Shown piece by piece: positions 28,102 to 42,462 of a stretch of 64,000 nucleotides of DNA. Source of the stretch: Octopus sinensis (taxonomy: Eukaryota); NCBI RefSeq assembly GCF_006345805.1, contig NC_042998.1, positions 115,692,001-115,756,000 of the forward strand. The letters are read 5' to 3'. Position numbers and translations under genes: made by a program. The notes beneath the pieces were generated by a model. That model did not search any database and had not been told where the DNA came from. It worked only from the letters and a program-made list of their open reading frames with translations. The first letter of the stretch is position 1, and each line of letters starts with the position of its first letter.

Positions 28102-28309
28102 TCCTTTCTACTATAAGCACAAGGCCTGAAATTTTGAGGGACTGGCTAGTCAGTTACATCGACCCCAGTACGAAACTGAACCGTCTTCTATGGACCCCGA
28201 AAGGATAAAAAACAAAGTCAATGAAATTTGAACTCATAACGTAAAGGCAAATAAAACGTCACTTAGCGTTTTGCCCGGCGTGCTAACGATTCTGCCGACT
28301 CGCTGCCTT
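28102..28309 (-). mobile_element. SINE family 2 copy
   Basis: Matches the ggcggcgagctggcagaa-cgttagcacgccgggc...tttcggggtcgataaa-taagtaccag consensus seen repeatedly in this window. Confidence 0.8.
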
Positions 28310-28532
28310 ATAATGCGCAGTAATAATGATTTTTAATAGAAGTACAATATCCCATTCTCCAGCACAAATATACTGCTAATCCACCATCAACTTGTTAAAA
28401 AAATTGTAAGTAATTTCTTTAATCATTGGTTCAAAGCCTTAAATTGGGTAGAGTGAAATAGTTAATTATGTCTCCCAGTACTTGGCAGCTACTTGATGTT
28501 TTTCGATACCGGAAATATATATATATATTTAT

Positions 28533-28763
28533 ATTTCTTTACTGCTCACAAGGGGCTAAACACAGAGGGGACAAACAAGGACAGACAAAGGGATTAAGTC
28601 GATTACATCGACCCTAGTGCGAAACTGGTACTTATTTATCGACCCCGAAAGGATGAAAGGCAAAGTCGACCTCGACGGAATTTAAACTCAGAACGTAACG
28701 GCAGACGAAATACCGCTCGGCATTTCGCCCGGCGTGCTAACGTTTCTGCAAGCTAGCCGCCTT
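28533..28763 (-). mobile_element. SINE family 2 copy (well preserved)
   Basis: Reverse complement aligns with 30594-30803. Confidence 0.88.
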
Positions 28764-28988
28764 TAATTAAAAACATTCAGGAATAAATTCCGAGCCGGAA
28801 ATATAAAGAGCTAAACTGTCCACCTCAGGATTTAAACTCACAGCTCGAACGAATATCACAAAAGTCTAATGATTATACAAACTGACTTCCCTTTATTGGT
28901 AACAGAATGATAAAGATAACATTTTCTGTATCCATTATTAATAATAAGGACAATTATAACACATGTTAATGAATTTCTTTAAACGTAC

Positions 28989-29324
28989 CTCAGTTTTACA
29001 AACATGAAAATCCACATTTGTATCGGAGCAAGAAGACAAATAAGTTTTAGCGTAACGGCTTCCAGTCCATACAAGACAATTTCTTGATCTCATTCTTACA
29101 CCATGGCCGCAAGTTCGAGAGCACTTTGACCACCAACTCCAACTTGACCAAACGGATGGATGTTTACGGGAGTCCGCATGCGAGAAATAATGGTACTCGT
29201 CTCGTTTCTTCTCGCTGTTTCTTTCTCTATTCAAACTCCGTAATGAATTGTCGACTCGACGTTCATTCAGGCCAGTTCTTCTATTGCCTCTGTTGGTGTT
29301 GTACGCGTAAGACTCACATTCTGT
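28989..29324 (-). CDS. Internal coding exon of an ADAMTS-like/papilin/THSD4-family gene: basic linker plus thrombospondin type-1 repeat
   Basis: Translates TECES...WSSWSWWSKCSRTCGHGVRMRSRNC...CSDTNVDFHVCKTE, with WxxWxxWxxC, CSRTCG and RxRxC TSP1 motifs. Acceptor is a T-rich tract ending ttttcag; donor is GAG|gtacgt. 336 bp, phase 0-0. Family assignment is from motif knowledge; the exact paralogue is unresolved. Confidence 0.88.
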
Positions 29325-30239
29325 CTGAAAATATAACAATTATTTATATTGAAATAAAGAGATAATGACTTAAGAAACGAGAAACATCATCGATGGAAAA
29401 GAATGGTTGAAATTTCAGGAAACTCTAATGAAAAATGTCCAACTCATGCAGGAGCGATTTTAATTAAGAACGTAAATGCGTCGATTATTAAATATGGAAA
29501 TGCCATTTAGTATAACATTAAAAACAAAGAATGTGGTGTTCCATTCAGATTTACAATTCTAATGTTCTTCGAAACTAAGTCCTAAATATTGACAATTCTG
29601 TCCCACTATAAAAAGACTCACGTCAGAATTTTACGTCGTTAGTGCGAGCTAGAGCAGCATTAGTCAGTAAGCAAGCTTTTTTACACCAATCAAGTAATCT
29701 TATGCGTGGAAGAATTTGTGACCATGATTGTTGCAAACTCTTCAGTATTTGGAATGAATTTTGCTAAGTTCACTAGAATGAAAAATGTCTTACTCTCTGG
29801 ATAGAGATCTAATCTATTGATGGCAATCTGGTAAATATTTCCAGCAAGTAGGTAAAATAGAGAAGCATAGAAATGAGTCTAAAGATCATAATAGGCAAAC
29901 GAAATCCACAAATGGAGTAGCCGCAATTTCCACATCTAGGTTAGTGCAGTTACTATATGTACAGACTCCCTCTGCAGTATTTCCTAGGAAACCACATGAC
30001 AATTTGGCATGACGTCGCTAACACATACACTCCAATTTCTGGCTCACAACCACGTTGTCTCCTCATTACATCTATTTAACTACTATTACTGTGACAACTG
30101 TTCTTCGGAGATGGCTGATAACGTTCCGTCTCTATCAATGCTTACTTGGATTACTTGACATTCCTCTTCATCCAGGCTTACATTCACCATCACGCTTCGC
30201 TCTTCCCTACAAATTTCAACTTTCCAGATATCTTTCCTT

Positions 30240-30565
30240 TCTTATTATGGCATACCGTCGGTTACGACGATGACGCATCCAGTTGATCCGATCAACGTAA
30301 CAGCATGCTCGCAAAATTTACGTGCAACTGACTGAACATGCCACATACACGCACACCTTTAATGCAGTTCTCAGAGAGATTCAGCGTGACACAGAATGTG
30401 ACAAAGCTGGCCCTTTGATATACAGTTATACCTCATTTTTACCAGCTGAGTAGACTGGAGCACTGTAAAGTGTCTTGCTCAAGGTCACAACGCGCCGCCG
30501 GGAATCGAACAGAGAACCTTACACTCGTGAGCCGAATACCCTAACTCCTAGACCACGCGCCTTCA
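30240..30565 (-). mobile_element. CORE-like tRNA-derived SINE, family related to 10496-10827
   Basis: Reverse complement begins gaaggcgcgtggtctagg...gttcgattcccggc...ttgtgaccttgagcaagacacttt...ctccagtctactcagctgg. Confidence 0.75.
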
Positions 30566-30593
30566 TCCGTTTTATAATATCCATAGAGTTATC

Positions 30594-30803
30594 GAAGGCG
30601 GCGAGCTGGCAGAAACGTTAGCATGCCGAGCGAAATGCTTAGCGGTATTTCGTCTGTCTTTACAATCTGAGTTCAAATTCTGCCGAGGTCGACTTTGTCT
30701 TTCATCTCCTTTCGGTGTCGATAAATTAAGTACCAGTTGTGTCATGGGGTTGATCTAATCGACTGGCCCCCAACCCTAAAATTACGAGCCTTGTACCTAG
30801 AGT
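30594..30803 (+). mobile_element. SINE family 2 copy; more decayed copies near 13200-13360(-), 19165-19270(-), 21840-22110(+), 34990-35190(+), 47965-48125(+), 58960-59100(+), 63840-64000(-)
   Basis: Shared core gagttcaaatt...gaggtcgactttg-ctttcatc--ttcgg-gtcgataaa-taagtaccag. Confidence 0.85.
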
Positions 30804-31403
30804 AGAAAAAAATATACATAGAGTTATCGACCCGCGGTAGTTTAAACAGGACATTAACTATATTAATCCCACCAGTTTCAGAAAGCCTGCGGCGGCCTCG
30901 TGCACAGCACTTTCCTTCAGACCAAATCCCACTCACACAAATAAATAAATAAATAAATAAAATAGATAAAAATAATATAAAATACTCTGAATGTCTGAGC
31001 TGTTATTGTACTTGAGATGTAACCTGATACCCATATCTATTCAGCCATTTAATTTAACATTTACAGTTTGACGATCATGATCATTGAATGTGGATTATGA
31101 AGCATTCGCGTCGTAAACTAAAGCGTAATCGACCCAACCCATGCTATAAATGTCTTGAAATTGAAGATGTAAATTTTAAATGTCTGCATAATCTCTTGGT
31201 CTGTTACTGCTGAATATTTCAATGTATAGAAATGGTTTCACATAATTCACAAAATGTTTGTAACCAAAACTAACAAAATTAACCTCGTTTGCAAAACATT
31301 AATTCCATGTGTAATTAGAAGCAAATTCTAATTTGTAGTAGAATTCAATACCCCATTAATAATGAAATTGATATTTAAGAATAAGAGGAAAACCACTCTG
31401 TAT

Positions 31404-32009
<606 letters not shown>

Positions 32010-32880
32010 TCAGTGATGACATAAATATGGAACTTGACCTTGACAAGTGTCCAAAAGCTTCGTTCAAACGTGTCAAACTGACATCTAATACCACGACCCA
32101 AATTTAACATGATACGTCTATCAAGGACCTGGACCAAGAAGTCTTCTACAAGTATCTTGGGTTACACGAAGTGGAAAAGGATTCAACACGGATCAATGAA
32201 AGAGGAGATCAAGAAAGTATATTGTAGACCTATCCGAATGGTCCTGAATATTGAGCTAAACTCTCAGAATAGAATTGCAGCTATAAACTCCTTGGCAGTA
32301 CCAGTTCACCAGCACAGCTTTAATGCTATCAATTGGAATCTGAGTAATCTCCAGCGTATGGACATAAAGACTAGGAAGCTACTGAAGCTAAACAGGATAC
32401 ACCACCCAAAATTAGACGTCCACAAGCTTTAACTCCCACGAGAGGAAAGTGGCAGAGGCCTAGGCCAGCTTGAAGCGTCCTATAAAATGACTACAAAAGG
32501 ACTCCAAGTGTACATCCGAAGTCACACCTACTGGATGATACAGTTGGTAAAGCAATACGAACAGAGTAAGAAACTGCACTCAGTCTCGAAGGAGGCATAT
32601 AAATACAGGCGAAAGCTTAACCTCCATGCTTATGGTGATGGTAAGGAGGACACACCATCCACTAAAGCAGCAAAAATGTGTAAAACAAAAGCGAAACAGG
32701 AAAGAAAAACACCATTGTATGGGCAATACCCCCCAAACAAGCTGGGAAAGCTGAAGTACCTATGAGAAGAACCCATCAGTGGCTGCAAAGTGTTGGTTTG
32801 AAAACCGAAACAGAAGGATTCCTCCTAGCAGCACAAGACCAGTGTCTCCTCACCCGGAACTATCAAGCTAATGTCACCCA
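32010..32880 (+). mobile_element. Internal RLE-LINE fragment (RT end to pre-knuckle region)
   Basis: FSDDINMELDLDKC...YKYLG...INSLAVPV...HHPKLDV...[23 protein letters not shown]; starts after (AAT)n and stops just before (ACT)n. Confidence 0.88.
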
Positions 32881-32902
32881 CAATAAAATAAATGCAGTGT
32901 AG

Positions 32903-32943
<41 letters not shown>

Positions 32944-32944
32944 A

Positions 32945-32988
<44 letters not shown>

Positions 32989-33170
32989 AGCAACACAGCA
33001 GTTGCGGCAGTAGCAGCTTCGCAATTTATTTGTAGAAGGATAAATTATAGAGGTCATTACAAAGATGACGTACGAAGCAGCTGCGGTTTCAAATGAAGTG
33101 TAGAAAACAAGAATGATATACAAAAAGTAAAACATACAGCGAAATGAAGGATTTATAAAAACTATAAAAC

Positions 33171-33500
33171 CAGTGGGTCTCAACCGGGGTTCATATGATC
33201 CTTGAGATTCCATGTAAGAAATTTTTGTTAAAAATTGCGAGTAATAGATTACTTCTGCAACACATGAAATAGTTTAGCAGTTTTTTTAAATACAATTCCT
33301 AATAATATAAATATGAACAATATGAGAGATTACCATGTGGATCCCCTGTATGCTAAAGATAGACATCAAACCATCCTAATAATATATTTAATCTTTCACT
33401 TAGCTGAATCGCTAAGTTATGGGGACATAGACACACCGATCGAATGTTTATATGACTCCATCCAAGGGTTTCATAAGTACAAAATATTTGAAAACCACTG
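33171..33500. mobile_element. hAT (Charlie-like) MITE; related decayed copy at ~14073-14415
   Basis: Ends CAGTGGGTCTCAA.../...TTGAAAACCACTG; flanks tataaaac/ctttaaac resemble a decayed 8-bp TSD; 5' internal sequence resembles 14090-14140. Confidence 0.65.
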
Positions 33501-34389
33501 CTTTAAACAGTGATGGTCAGTTCTTTACCGATTGTTAGAATTCTTGACGAGTTCTGGATTATTTTGAATACCAAAGCCAAGTTCTCTCCTAGTACTAGCC
33601 TCCTACCAACAACTACGTACTCAGAATAGGTGCACACAACTACATCATATACATCAGTCTCAAGACAAGAAGTAATCCTCTATGTGGTAAGTCAGTCTGC
33701 TAGAAATACAAACCAAATCACTTAAGAATCGCACTATACAAGCTCAAAAAATTACATATCGATGAAGTTTCTGGATGATCATAACTAGCATGCCTTTGAT
33801 TAAATGTCTGTTGAATTGGAGTTGATGTAGATCGAAACCATATCAACATTTTTACAGAAAAATTTCAGGTGAGCAGCATTTCGCTCTCCATTCGCATTTT
33901 GAACTTGAAACTATACTGAAAAAGATTTGATAGGGGCATGGTCGAGCAGGAAAAACACTCCTGTTCCCTGTTCTGACAATTTTGTCCATAGTACTTCTAA
34001 TTTCACCGCAGCCGTAGGACACAGTTTTCGACCAAATCTATCAAGGAAGTTCTATGGAAAAATTTTAAAGGTAGACAATTATTTCCAATTCGGCCGAGGG
34101 TCACATTTCTGGTGGGTGAGGAAATAAGTCAGTAGAATCGACTGCAGTACATGATTAATACAACTTTATCGATCAGCGATTACAAATTTGAACATAAACG
34201 TAAAGGAGTGTAACTAAATGAGAGAGAGAGAATGAAATTCTTCACAAACTCTCACTCTATCAAAAAGGCATTCCATTTTATTGTATCCACAATATATTAT
34301 ATATATGCATTATCAACTTGAGCAAGTGCGTCATGATATATATATGTGTGAATGAAAGTGAGTGTGTGTGTGTGTGCATGTACGTCTGG

Positions 34390-35680
34390 AAAACTAAGTA
34401 ATCTCAGAAAATACAAAACAGGCCAAAACTATATGATGCGAACAAAATTGCCCATAAGGAACTGGCTCAAAAATTTGAAACACAGATATAAGGTGTGTCC
34501 ACACCTTTGCTATAACAGGCTTGACACGGATGACATAGACGATGTGTATACGTTCTTCAAAGAAACTACCATAGAAACAGAACAGTAAATGCTTGCCGGC
34601 TTGAATGTTCGAAAACAAGTGAATGGTCTTCAATCAGAAATAGTGAAAACCACTGAATAAAAGTAAAATGCTAAAATAGAAATGCGGAATAACCGAGAGG
34701 TTATCATTAAAGTCAGACAAAATATAGAACTGGACAGAGCAGTGAAAATGCGAAAGTATAAGAAATTACAAATCAAAAGAGAACTACTAGGAGGCAACTT
34801 TAGGAATAACGATAGTAACACTTTTCATATCTGTTGCAGAAGTGGAAGGAAAGGACATAAACACGTGCCGTGTGATTAAAGATCGATGCTAATATAAACA
34901 CAGATATAGGTGATATACTTCATGATGTAAAGATCATTATCTTCACGCTAAATTTTCACACAAGTCAGAATTAATATTTGAAATTCCAATGGCGGTGAGA
35001 TGGTGGAATTATTAGTACGTCAGGCAAAATTCTTAACGGCATTTCGTCTGTCTTGGTTCAAATTCCGACGAGTTTAACTTTGCCTTTCATCCTTTCGGGG
35101 TCGATAAAATAAGTACCAGCCGAGTACTGGGGTCGATGTGATAGACTTAACTTCTCCTCAGAAATTACTGGCCTTGTGCCAAAATTTGAAAGCAATATTA
35201 AAAATTCCAGATTGTCCATGTAATGCAAACATTCATTGATTCAGAAATAATACAAAAAGTAGTAAAGGCACTAAAAACAACGAAGAGCTATAGAACCACC
35301 ATTACATATGCTGTTGATACTAAGCACACAGTTAATATTTTGCACAAAATATGCCAAAACAATTTTGAAAGCAAGACATCTCCAAAACACAGAGTGACTA
35401 TGCTGATAATTCTAAGAATTAAATAGAGGGACAAGAAAAATCTCAAAAACTAGCGGGTAGATTCTCTTTTAGCCAACCCTCAACAGAATTAACACCCTAA
35501 AGAAGGTTATGAGAGATGTGCTTTTTTTTTCAAGTTTGTGGAAACCACTGCTGATGTCATGTACATTAGCGACATAGAGATTTGAAAAAGCAATAGAACA
35601 CCGATTGCTTTTACACTTCCGCTTCATCGATTTTGATCGGCTTTCGACACAAAATCGAAAGGTCCCATCAAAACGATGAC
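34390..35680 (+). mobile_element. Highly decayed RTE-clade LINE remnant (EN-RT linker to RT start), interrupted by a SINE at 34990-35190
   Basis: NRLDTDDIDDVYTFFKET...; EIIQKVVKALKTTKS...ILHKICQ; KAIEHRLLLHFRFIDFDR (cf. FIDFxKAFD). Confidence 0.6.
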
Positions 35681-35699
35681 AGTGTTGATGCCAAGATAT

Positions 35700-36120
35700 T
35701 GTCACTTACAGACGCATCATATAGTAATATTCAACAAGCATTAGGCGGTATTTTCCTCCAGTGTTTCCCACCAGTTAAATGTTCTTCACTATTTTCGTTA
35801 GAATCTATTGACAGCTTTCAATTCTTCCTGAAACAATCTATGCCTTCTAAACTGTGTTCTTCCTATCTTTCTGTCCTCCTGGACTGAAAATTGATGGTCA
35901 GAATGTTACAAGTCAGTGGCACTGTCTCTATGTCTTAGAGTCTTCACCATGATATTCTGTATAATACTTCATCATTTCCAATATGGTCCTAGTATAACAT
36001 TTTAAACATCCAGCATTTCGGTGATCTTCGTACTTTCCTTTAACGTTTCTCTTGCACATAGCACCTTACGCTTGTCTTGCCTATGGTTGTTCCATGATAA
36101 TGTGTTAGCAACTCTTCATC
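35700..36120 (-). mobile_element. Decayed RTE-like C-terminal fragment
   Basis: Minus-strand translation resembles RTE C-termini (...VLCARET...ILGPYW...RKIGR.QFRR...WWET); many stops. Confidence 0.4.
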
Positions 36121-36688
36121 TGATGTCTTTTAATGAATCAGATTTTGAATTTCACTGAAATAGTGCCCTCGCCTATCTTAGTCTGCATTTGACAACTCAC
36201 AAATCTCAGGGAAATTATACGAAATGGCTCATATATATCAATATGTGTGTGTGCGAATGTATGCATTATTTTGTGTGTATATGTATACATGCGTGTGTAT
36301 ATATGCATATGTGTGTACGTGTGTGTTTCTCTGTATGTATATATAAATAATTCATTTACAGTTTCTTGCATAGTGAGATAATTTCTTGAACCACCCCACT
36401 CCGAGTAGCGACAAAATAAGTCGTCATATGTTTCTATATAATAAATGCGACTCCATGTAATGCAGTTTTCTGTCGTTTGTTGAACACTCAGTTATTTCAA
36501 TTCGTGACTTCAAAATGTTTCTTCATACATTTAAAACAAAGTCAATGATTTCTTCCACTGTTTTTCATAGTATTAGTGCTTCACTGTTTCTGTATATATT
36601 TGATTTAATTCTTTCGTATATCAACTATGTTCAGTACATTTTTCTGCTTTCATTCTGTAAATGACTTTTACATTACCAATTTTGCATT

Positions 36689-36805
36689 AATATAATATGA
36701 TATAATATAATATGATATAATATAATATAATATAATATAATATAATATAATATAATATAATATGATATGATATAATAAATTATAATATAATATGATATAA
36801 TATGT
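36689..36805. repeat. Pentanucleotide (ATATA/ATATG)n microsatellite
   Basis: Direct inspection. Confidence 0.95.
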
Positions 36806-36898
36806 GATATATGTTATATATATATATGATACTATGTTATATATATATATATATATATATTGTTATATACATATATATCTCATATGTGATATGATATG

Positions 36899-36946
<48 letters not shown>

Positions 36947-37669
36947 GATATAGTTGTTGTTGCTTTTGATTTTTTATTGTTGTTGTTGTTCTGGTTTAGT
37001 CCAGTTATAAAACAATGATTGTGGGCTTATAATCTAATTCTTGATCTACTGAAAATTGCAACCGATTTTTTTTTCACTTTTACTCTACCTTGTTAGAAAA
37101 CAGTAACTTGCATGATATATCTCAGTGTTTTCTGAATGTAGTAAAAAGTCGGAATGGTCATAGTTCGAATACATCTCATGTTGGTATTTAGCCCCTGAAC
37201 TTTGAATAAACAACAAGAAGCATTTTTTTAAAATATATCTTACATTTCATTTCATTTTTGTTTCATTTTCTATCTCTTTCTCAACTATGTCTTGTGCATT
37301 GTCTCTTAAGACAATTTCATTCACTCGTTTTCTCACTATTTGTATATCCCTGTCTAACACGTATGCACACATTTAATACACTTCTTACACACTATTGATT
37401 CATTAGTTATATTTTTCATTAAACCTTTAAAACAATTTAAATTTAAAAAAAACGGCGGGAACTTAGTTGCCAACCCAATAAATTACTCGAATATCGGAGG
37501 TAGAGTAATATGCTTCTCATCAAAGCTGAAAAAAACTTTACAAACTCAGAGTTTCACGTAACGTCGGAGAGTTGTGATCACACTCTGACGAGAGTGTGGT
37601 TAGATCTGTCTGACCAACGAGAACGTGAAACTAACAGTTTATGATGCTTTTTTGCTACTTTGATAAAGG

Positions 37670-37736
<67 letters not shown>

Positions 37737-37746
37737 TATATATATA

Positions 37747-37956
37747 GGGAGAGTTTACGAAGACAGGTGGTGTACAAAACAAACATATGTATTAGTATAA
37801 CGCTCAGGAATAGAAAAAGTATTTTATGTTTCGAGCCTACGCTCTTCTACACAAAGGGACACAGAAAAAAAGGAGAGAAAACAAAGGAGAGAAATATATA
37901 TATTTTTTTATGTATGTATGTATATATATATATATATGTATGTATGTATATGTATG

Positions 37957-37997
<41 letters not shown>

Positions 37998-38165
37998 ACC
38001 TCTCTCTCTCTCTCTCTCTCTCTGTTTATTTCCTCTTGTTCCTTTCTGCTGAAAAGCGTAGGGTCGAAACGTAAAAGACTTTTTCACTTACCCGAGCGTT
38101 AAACTAATACACCTGTTTGTCGTTGATACGCCTATCTTCGTCTTTTGTTTTTCTGTAAATTCCGA
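37747..38165. repeat. Two copies of a ~130-bp interspersed repeat in inverted orientation (37747-37895 minus, 38020-38165 plus) around a TA/TG/TC microsatellite
   Basis: Both contain gaa(g/a)agcgtagg(c/g)tcgaaac and ...gagcgtta-actaatac...tcttcgt. Confidence 0.85.
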
Positions 38166-38175
38166 CAATATATAT

Positions 38176-38244
<69 letters not shown>

Positions 38245-38330
38245 AAAGTTATTTTATTCCGCACGAGTAGAAATACTGGAAAAATAGAAGTTGAAATGCA
38301 CTGAAAATAGTTAAAATATTTTTCTATTAA

Positions 38331-38620
38331 TCTTTATATATATAAAACTGAGAATGTGTGTCTGTCTGTCTGTGTGTTTCCCTAAAACTTGAGAACTACT
38401 CAACCAATTTCATTCAAATTTTATACATGCCTTACTTAGGGTCCATGTAGTTTCGTGGGCAAAAAAATGTTCAACTTCTTGCCTAGAACGAGCCCATAGC
38501 AATATCATATCTTCTCCACTATTTCAGTATTACGTGTTAAAAGTGAAACAAAAATATTTCTCTATTTTATGTCAGATACTTTCACTTTAACAATAAAAAT
38601 AATAATAACAATTGAATTAT
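38331..38620 (+). mobile_element. Non-autonomous Helitron-like 5' end
   Basis: A|TCTTTATATATATAAAA followed by gtgtgtctgtctgt... and 'aaccaatttcattcaaatttt', typical of non-autonomous Helitron 5' regions; 3' limit not found. Confidence 0.5.
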
Positions 38621-39006
38621 ATGTAGTAAGTAATAATTAAAATCAAACTAAAGTATAATATAATTGTAACATAACGAAAGTAAAAATAGCAATTGTTATA
38701 AAATCGCATCAATGTTTTGAACTTGAATAAGTGGTTTCATACGAGTGGGAATAAATTAAAAATAAAATTAGCGTGCAGAAATGGAATAGTCCAGATGGAT
38801 AATAAAAAATTAAATTAAAGAAAAGACTATTGTCTATAATGTAGAGTAAAAAGAAGAGCTAACAATTCCAGTTTGTTATATATTTTGAGTATTGTTATCA
38901 CTAGCGATATCAAGATATAACTTTGTATTTTGAATTTTATGTGTAGATGTATATATATAGATGTACATGTAATATGTACACATATATATACACATACATA
39001 CATGCA

Positions 39007-39060
39007 CTAGCACTATGACGCGGCAACGACGGGTCTTTAATGTTCGTATATTGATATATC
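39007..39060 (-). mobile_element. Helitron-like 3' terminus
   Basis: Minus strand reads gacccgtcgttgccgcgtc (imperfect GC hairpin), 6 nt, then CTAG|T. Confidence 0.55.
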
Positions 39061-40424
39061 TAAAGCTTTTACTGATTTCACAGCTTACAGTGATTTTCAA
39101 AAACTTCAAATAAAATGACGTGGGTTATGTCACAGCTGTCTTGCTTTTGACGAGTGTTTGAAGCTTACCCTATTTTTATAGGGAGTTCATGACTCAAATT
39201 AGTATATGTTTTGAATAGGATTTAGTTGGTAAAGTACAAACACATGACTGAAATTTTTGTAAGGTCCCCGCTACGTCCGTGTGTTAGTATCAAGTGACAA
39301 TGTTTGGCAACGTAAGTTAAGGCTGACACGGTTGACTGCACATGTCCAAACAGTCAATACTCTGTATGTTTTCTGTCAATTGTTTGTAGAGAATGAACAC
39401 ATGATTAAGTTTATAACCTCTAGTACGTTTCCCGTTACGTCCGTGCGTTAGTGTCACGCGACATAAGCCGCCTCTTTCTATTTGAACGTTTTGAATCCGG
39501 TTAAAGATTTAAATATATAAATATAATAATCAAATTTATTTTAACTACTATCAGTGCATTTTCAACTTCTATTATCCCTATATGTGTGTGTGTGTGTGCG
39601 TGCGCATCTGTGCACGTATGTATATGCTTTCATGTATCTTTGTACGTCTGTACGTGTATGTATTTAACTGTCATTATATACAAAGATAAGTGTCAGAATG
39701 AGAGAGTAGGAGGTGGAAGACAGAAAAAATATATAGATAAATAAATAATCAATCAAACGCAAAAACCCATTTATTTGAGAATCTCTTAATTTAAATGGTA
39801 TTGGTTTAATTTATTTTCTTTATGGTTTTCTGATGCGTTTTTGGTTTCTATTCTTTCCGTCTTTAAGCTAGATAGAAATAACTGATATAAATCTGGCGTA
39901 GGTAGTTTATAGCTCCGATTTCCACAGAAAGTATGGGGACAATTAATGAACGGAAGTAAAATGTCTGTATTTTGATGCCAATCAGTCAAGTCTTTCATTT
40001 TCGTTTACTCGTATTAAATGATATATACATATATCACAGCAGTATATATTTTTTGCTTATGTTTAACAGCAGTGTATATGGAAGCATGGGCACATGTATA
40101 CAAGTGCCTCAACGACTATAAGGGTTAGTGTATGTGTATGTACACAGCACGCACATACATATAAAGACACACATATACACACATATTCACACACACAGGC
40201 AAACATACATTCAAAAACATATACACAGATGTTTATAAACAAAAGAACGAGTGCACTGAAATCTAGGTATATAATGAATCGTAGTGATGTAGGAAAAGTG
40301 TAATTAAGAATTCATTATGTATACAATTGCGCATGCTTAATAGTATACATACGTTCATATTTACATACTTTTTCCACGTACATATACATACGCACACATT
40401 TATGGTTCTATATAACTAAATAGC

Positions 40425-40460
<36 letters not shown>

Positions 40461-40480
40461 TGTATGTATGTATGTATATG

Positions 40481-40609
<129 letters not shown>

Positions 40610-41103
40610 TATACAGAAACACACATCATATATATATATGCATATTCATGCTTACAAATAAAGGAAAAGAACACTTAATAAGTGGCGAACTTTCCTTTCA
40701 TGGGGAAATATCCTTTTATTTGTATTGTATAGTGAATTAAACTAACTTGCCTTCGTTTTTTTAGCTACTCTATGGCAATTTTCCTCATGACGGGTCACAA
40801 TAGTACGTATTAGGTGAATAAAACTTGTAGCAAAGTTTTAATTAAGACATATTGGAATATATATCTATATATCTATATATATATTTATTTATTTATTCTC
40901 TTAGTTGTTTCGGTCATTATTTGACTACAGTCATGCTGGAACACCGCCTATATATTTATACACGCATCACACATGCACACATATATTCATAAGTATGTAT
41001 GTGTGTATGAATATATGTATATGTGCGTGTATGTATGCGTGACTCTATAACACTGTCTCTCTCTCCTACATTTCTCTGCCTTTCACACTTTGCACTCTAC
41101 TTT

Positions 41104-41137
<34 letters not shown>

Positions 41138-41249
41138 CCTCCTTTTCTCTTTTCTTGCCTCTGATTCTTTGGTCTACTCTTCCCCCACTCTCTCACATTT
41201 CTCTGTCTTTCTCACTTAGCACCTCACTGATTCTGTCCAAGCCAATCCT

Positions 41250-42089
41250 TGACACGCTCTCTTTCTTCTCCCCTCTTTAATTCCTTCTTTCCCTCCCCCC
41301 TTTGGTGCCTTCGTCCCTCTTTTTCTTCTCACTTTGATTCCTTTGCCCCCTTGTTTGTCTCTCTCTTCTCCTCTCACGTGACCGCTGGTCAACCAGCCTT
41401 TCGGCTTCTAACCAGCGTCATGAGAACATCGTTGCCTTCGTCTGCCGATAAAGGCATTTTTTTTCCAAATACGCCATTAAACTTAGTTGTACTGTCTATT
41501 AGTCATAAGACACCCGCTGTTTTTTTCCTGTTATTACTATTATTGTTTTTAGTATTTATATTCGCGTGGCATCGTCCGTTTTTCTGTCCTTGTTTCGTAT
41601 ACATTCGATCCTTTTCCCAAGAAATCTAATGCTCGTAGCTTAGTTTTTCCTTGGGGCTGGCCGGATCAGAGCGATCTCAAGATTAATCAGCCGAAATTGC
41701 GTGGATGATCCGGTTCTTGACTTAAGATTGAAGGCTTCGAATTTTTTGTGTTTTTTGTAGTGTCTTCTAAATGTTTTACGTACTTGTCCCAATTTGTATT
41801 TTTCTACATATAATATATATATATAATTATTTAAAGGAATATTATTCCTAACTTACAGGGGAAAATTCAATTTAGGAATACTAAATCAAATTTCACAAAA
41901 TATAATATATATATAAAAAAATAGAAAAAACACCTTTTATCAATTCAAAATGAACAATTAAATTACACCATCTAGAAAATTACATAGAAATATAAAAAAA
42001 TTAAAATAACAATAATATACCGATGATTAAGTAAATTGTAAAAAATAAAAACATATATAATAAGTGGAGAACAAAGTGTACGTACGTCG

Positions 42090-42134
<45 letters not shown>

Positions 42135-42247
42135 CTTGCTCGCTTAGTCAGCGGGGTGGCGTCATTCGAAAGCTAAAACAATGTGAACGCATTGTGACCA
42201 GCGATGTGTAACAACATCTGATAGCCTGGTCGGTCAAGGTGATCACG

Positions 42248-42282
<35 letters not shown>

Positions 42283-42396
42283 CACATGATCACATGACCG
42301 ACCAGTCCATTAGACGTTGCTACACATCGCTGGTCACAATGCGCTTCGCATTGTTTTAGCCTTCAATGACGCCACCTCGCTGGCTAAGCGAGCAGG

Positions 42397-42462
<66 letters not shown>

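Noticed and set aside
37581-37632. cacactc-TGACGA-gagtgtg hairpin with downstream GAAAC
   Set aside because: CTGACGA is sequestered in the hairpin and no stem II closes onto GAAA; consistent with chance.
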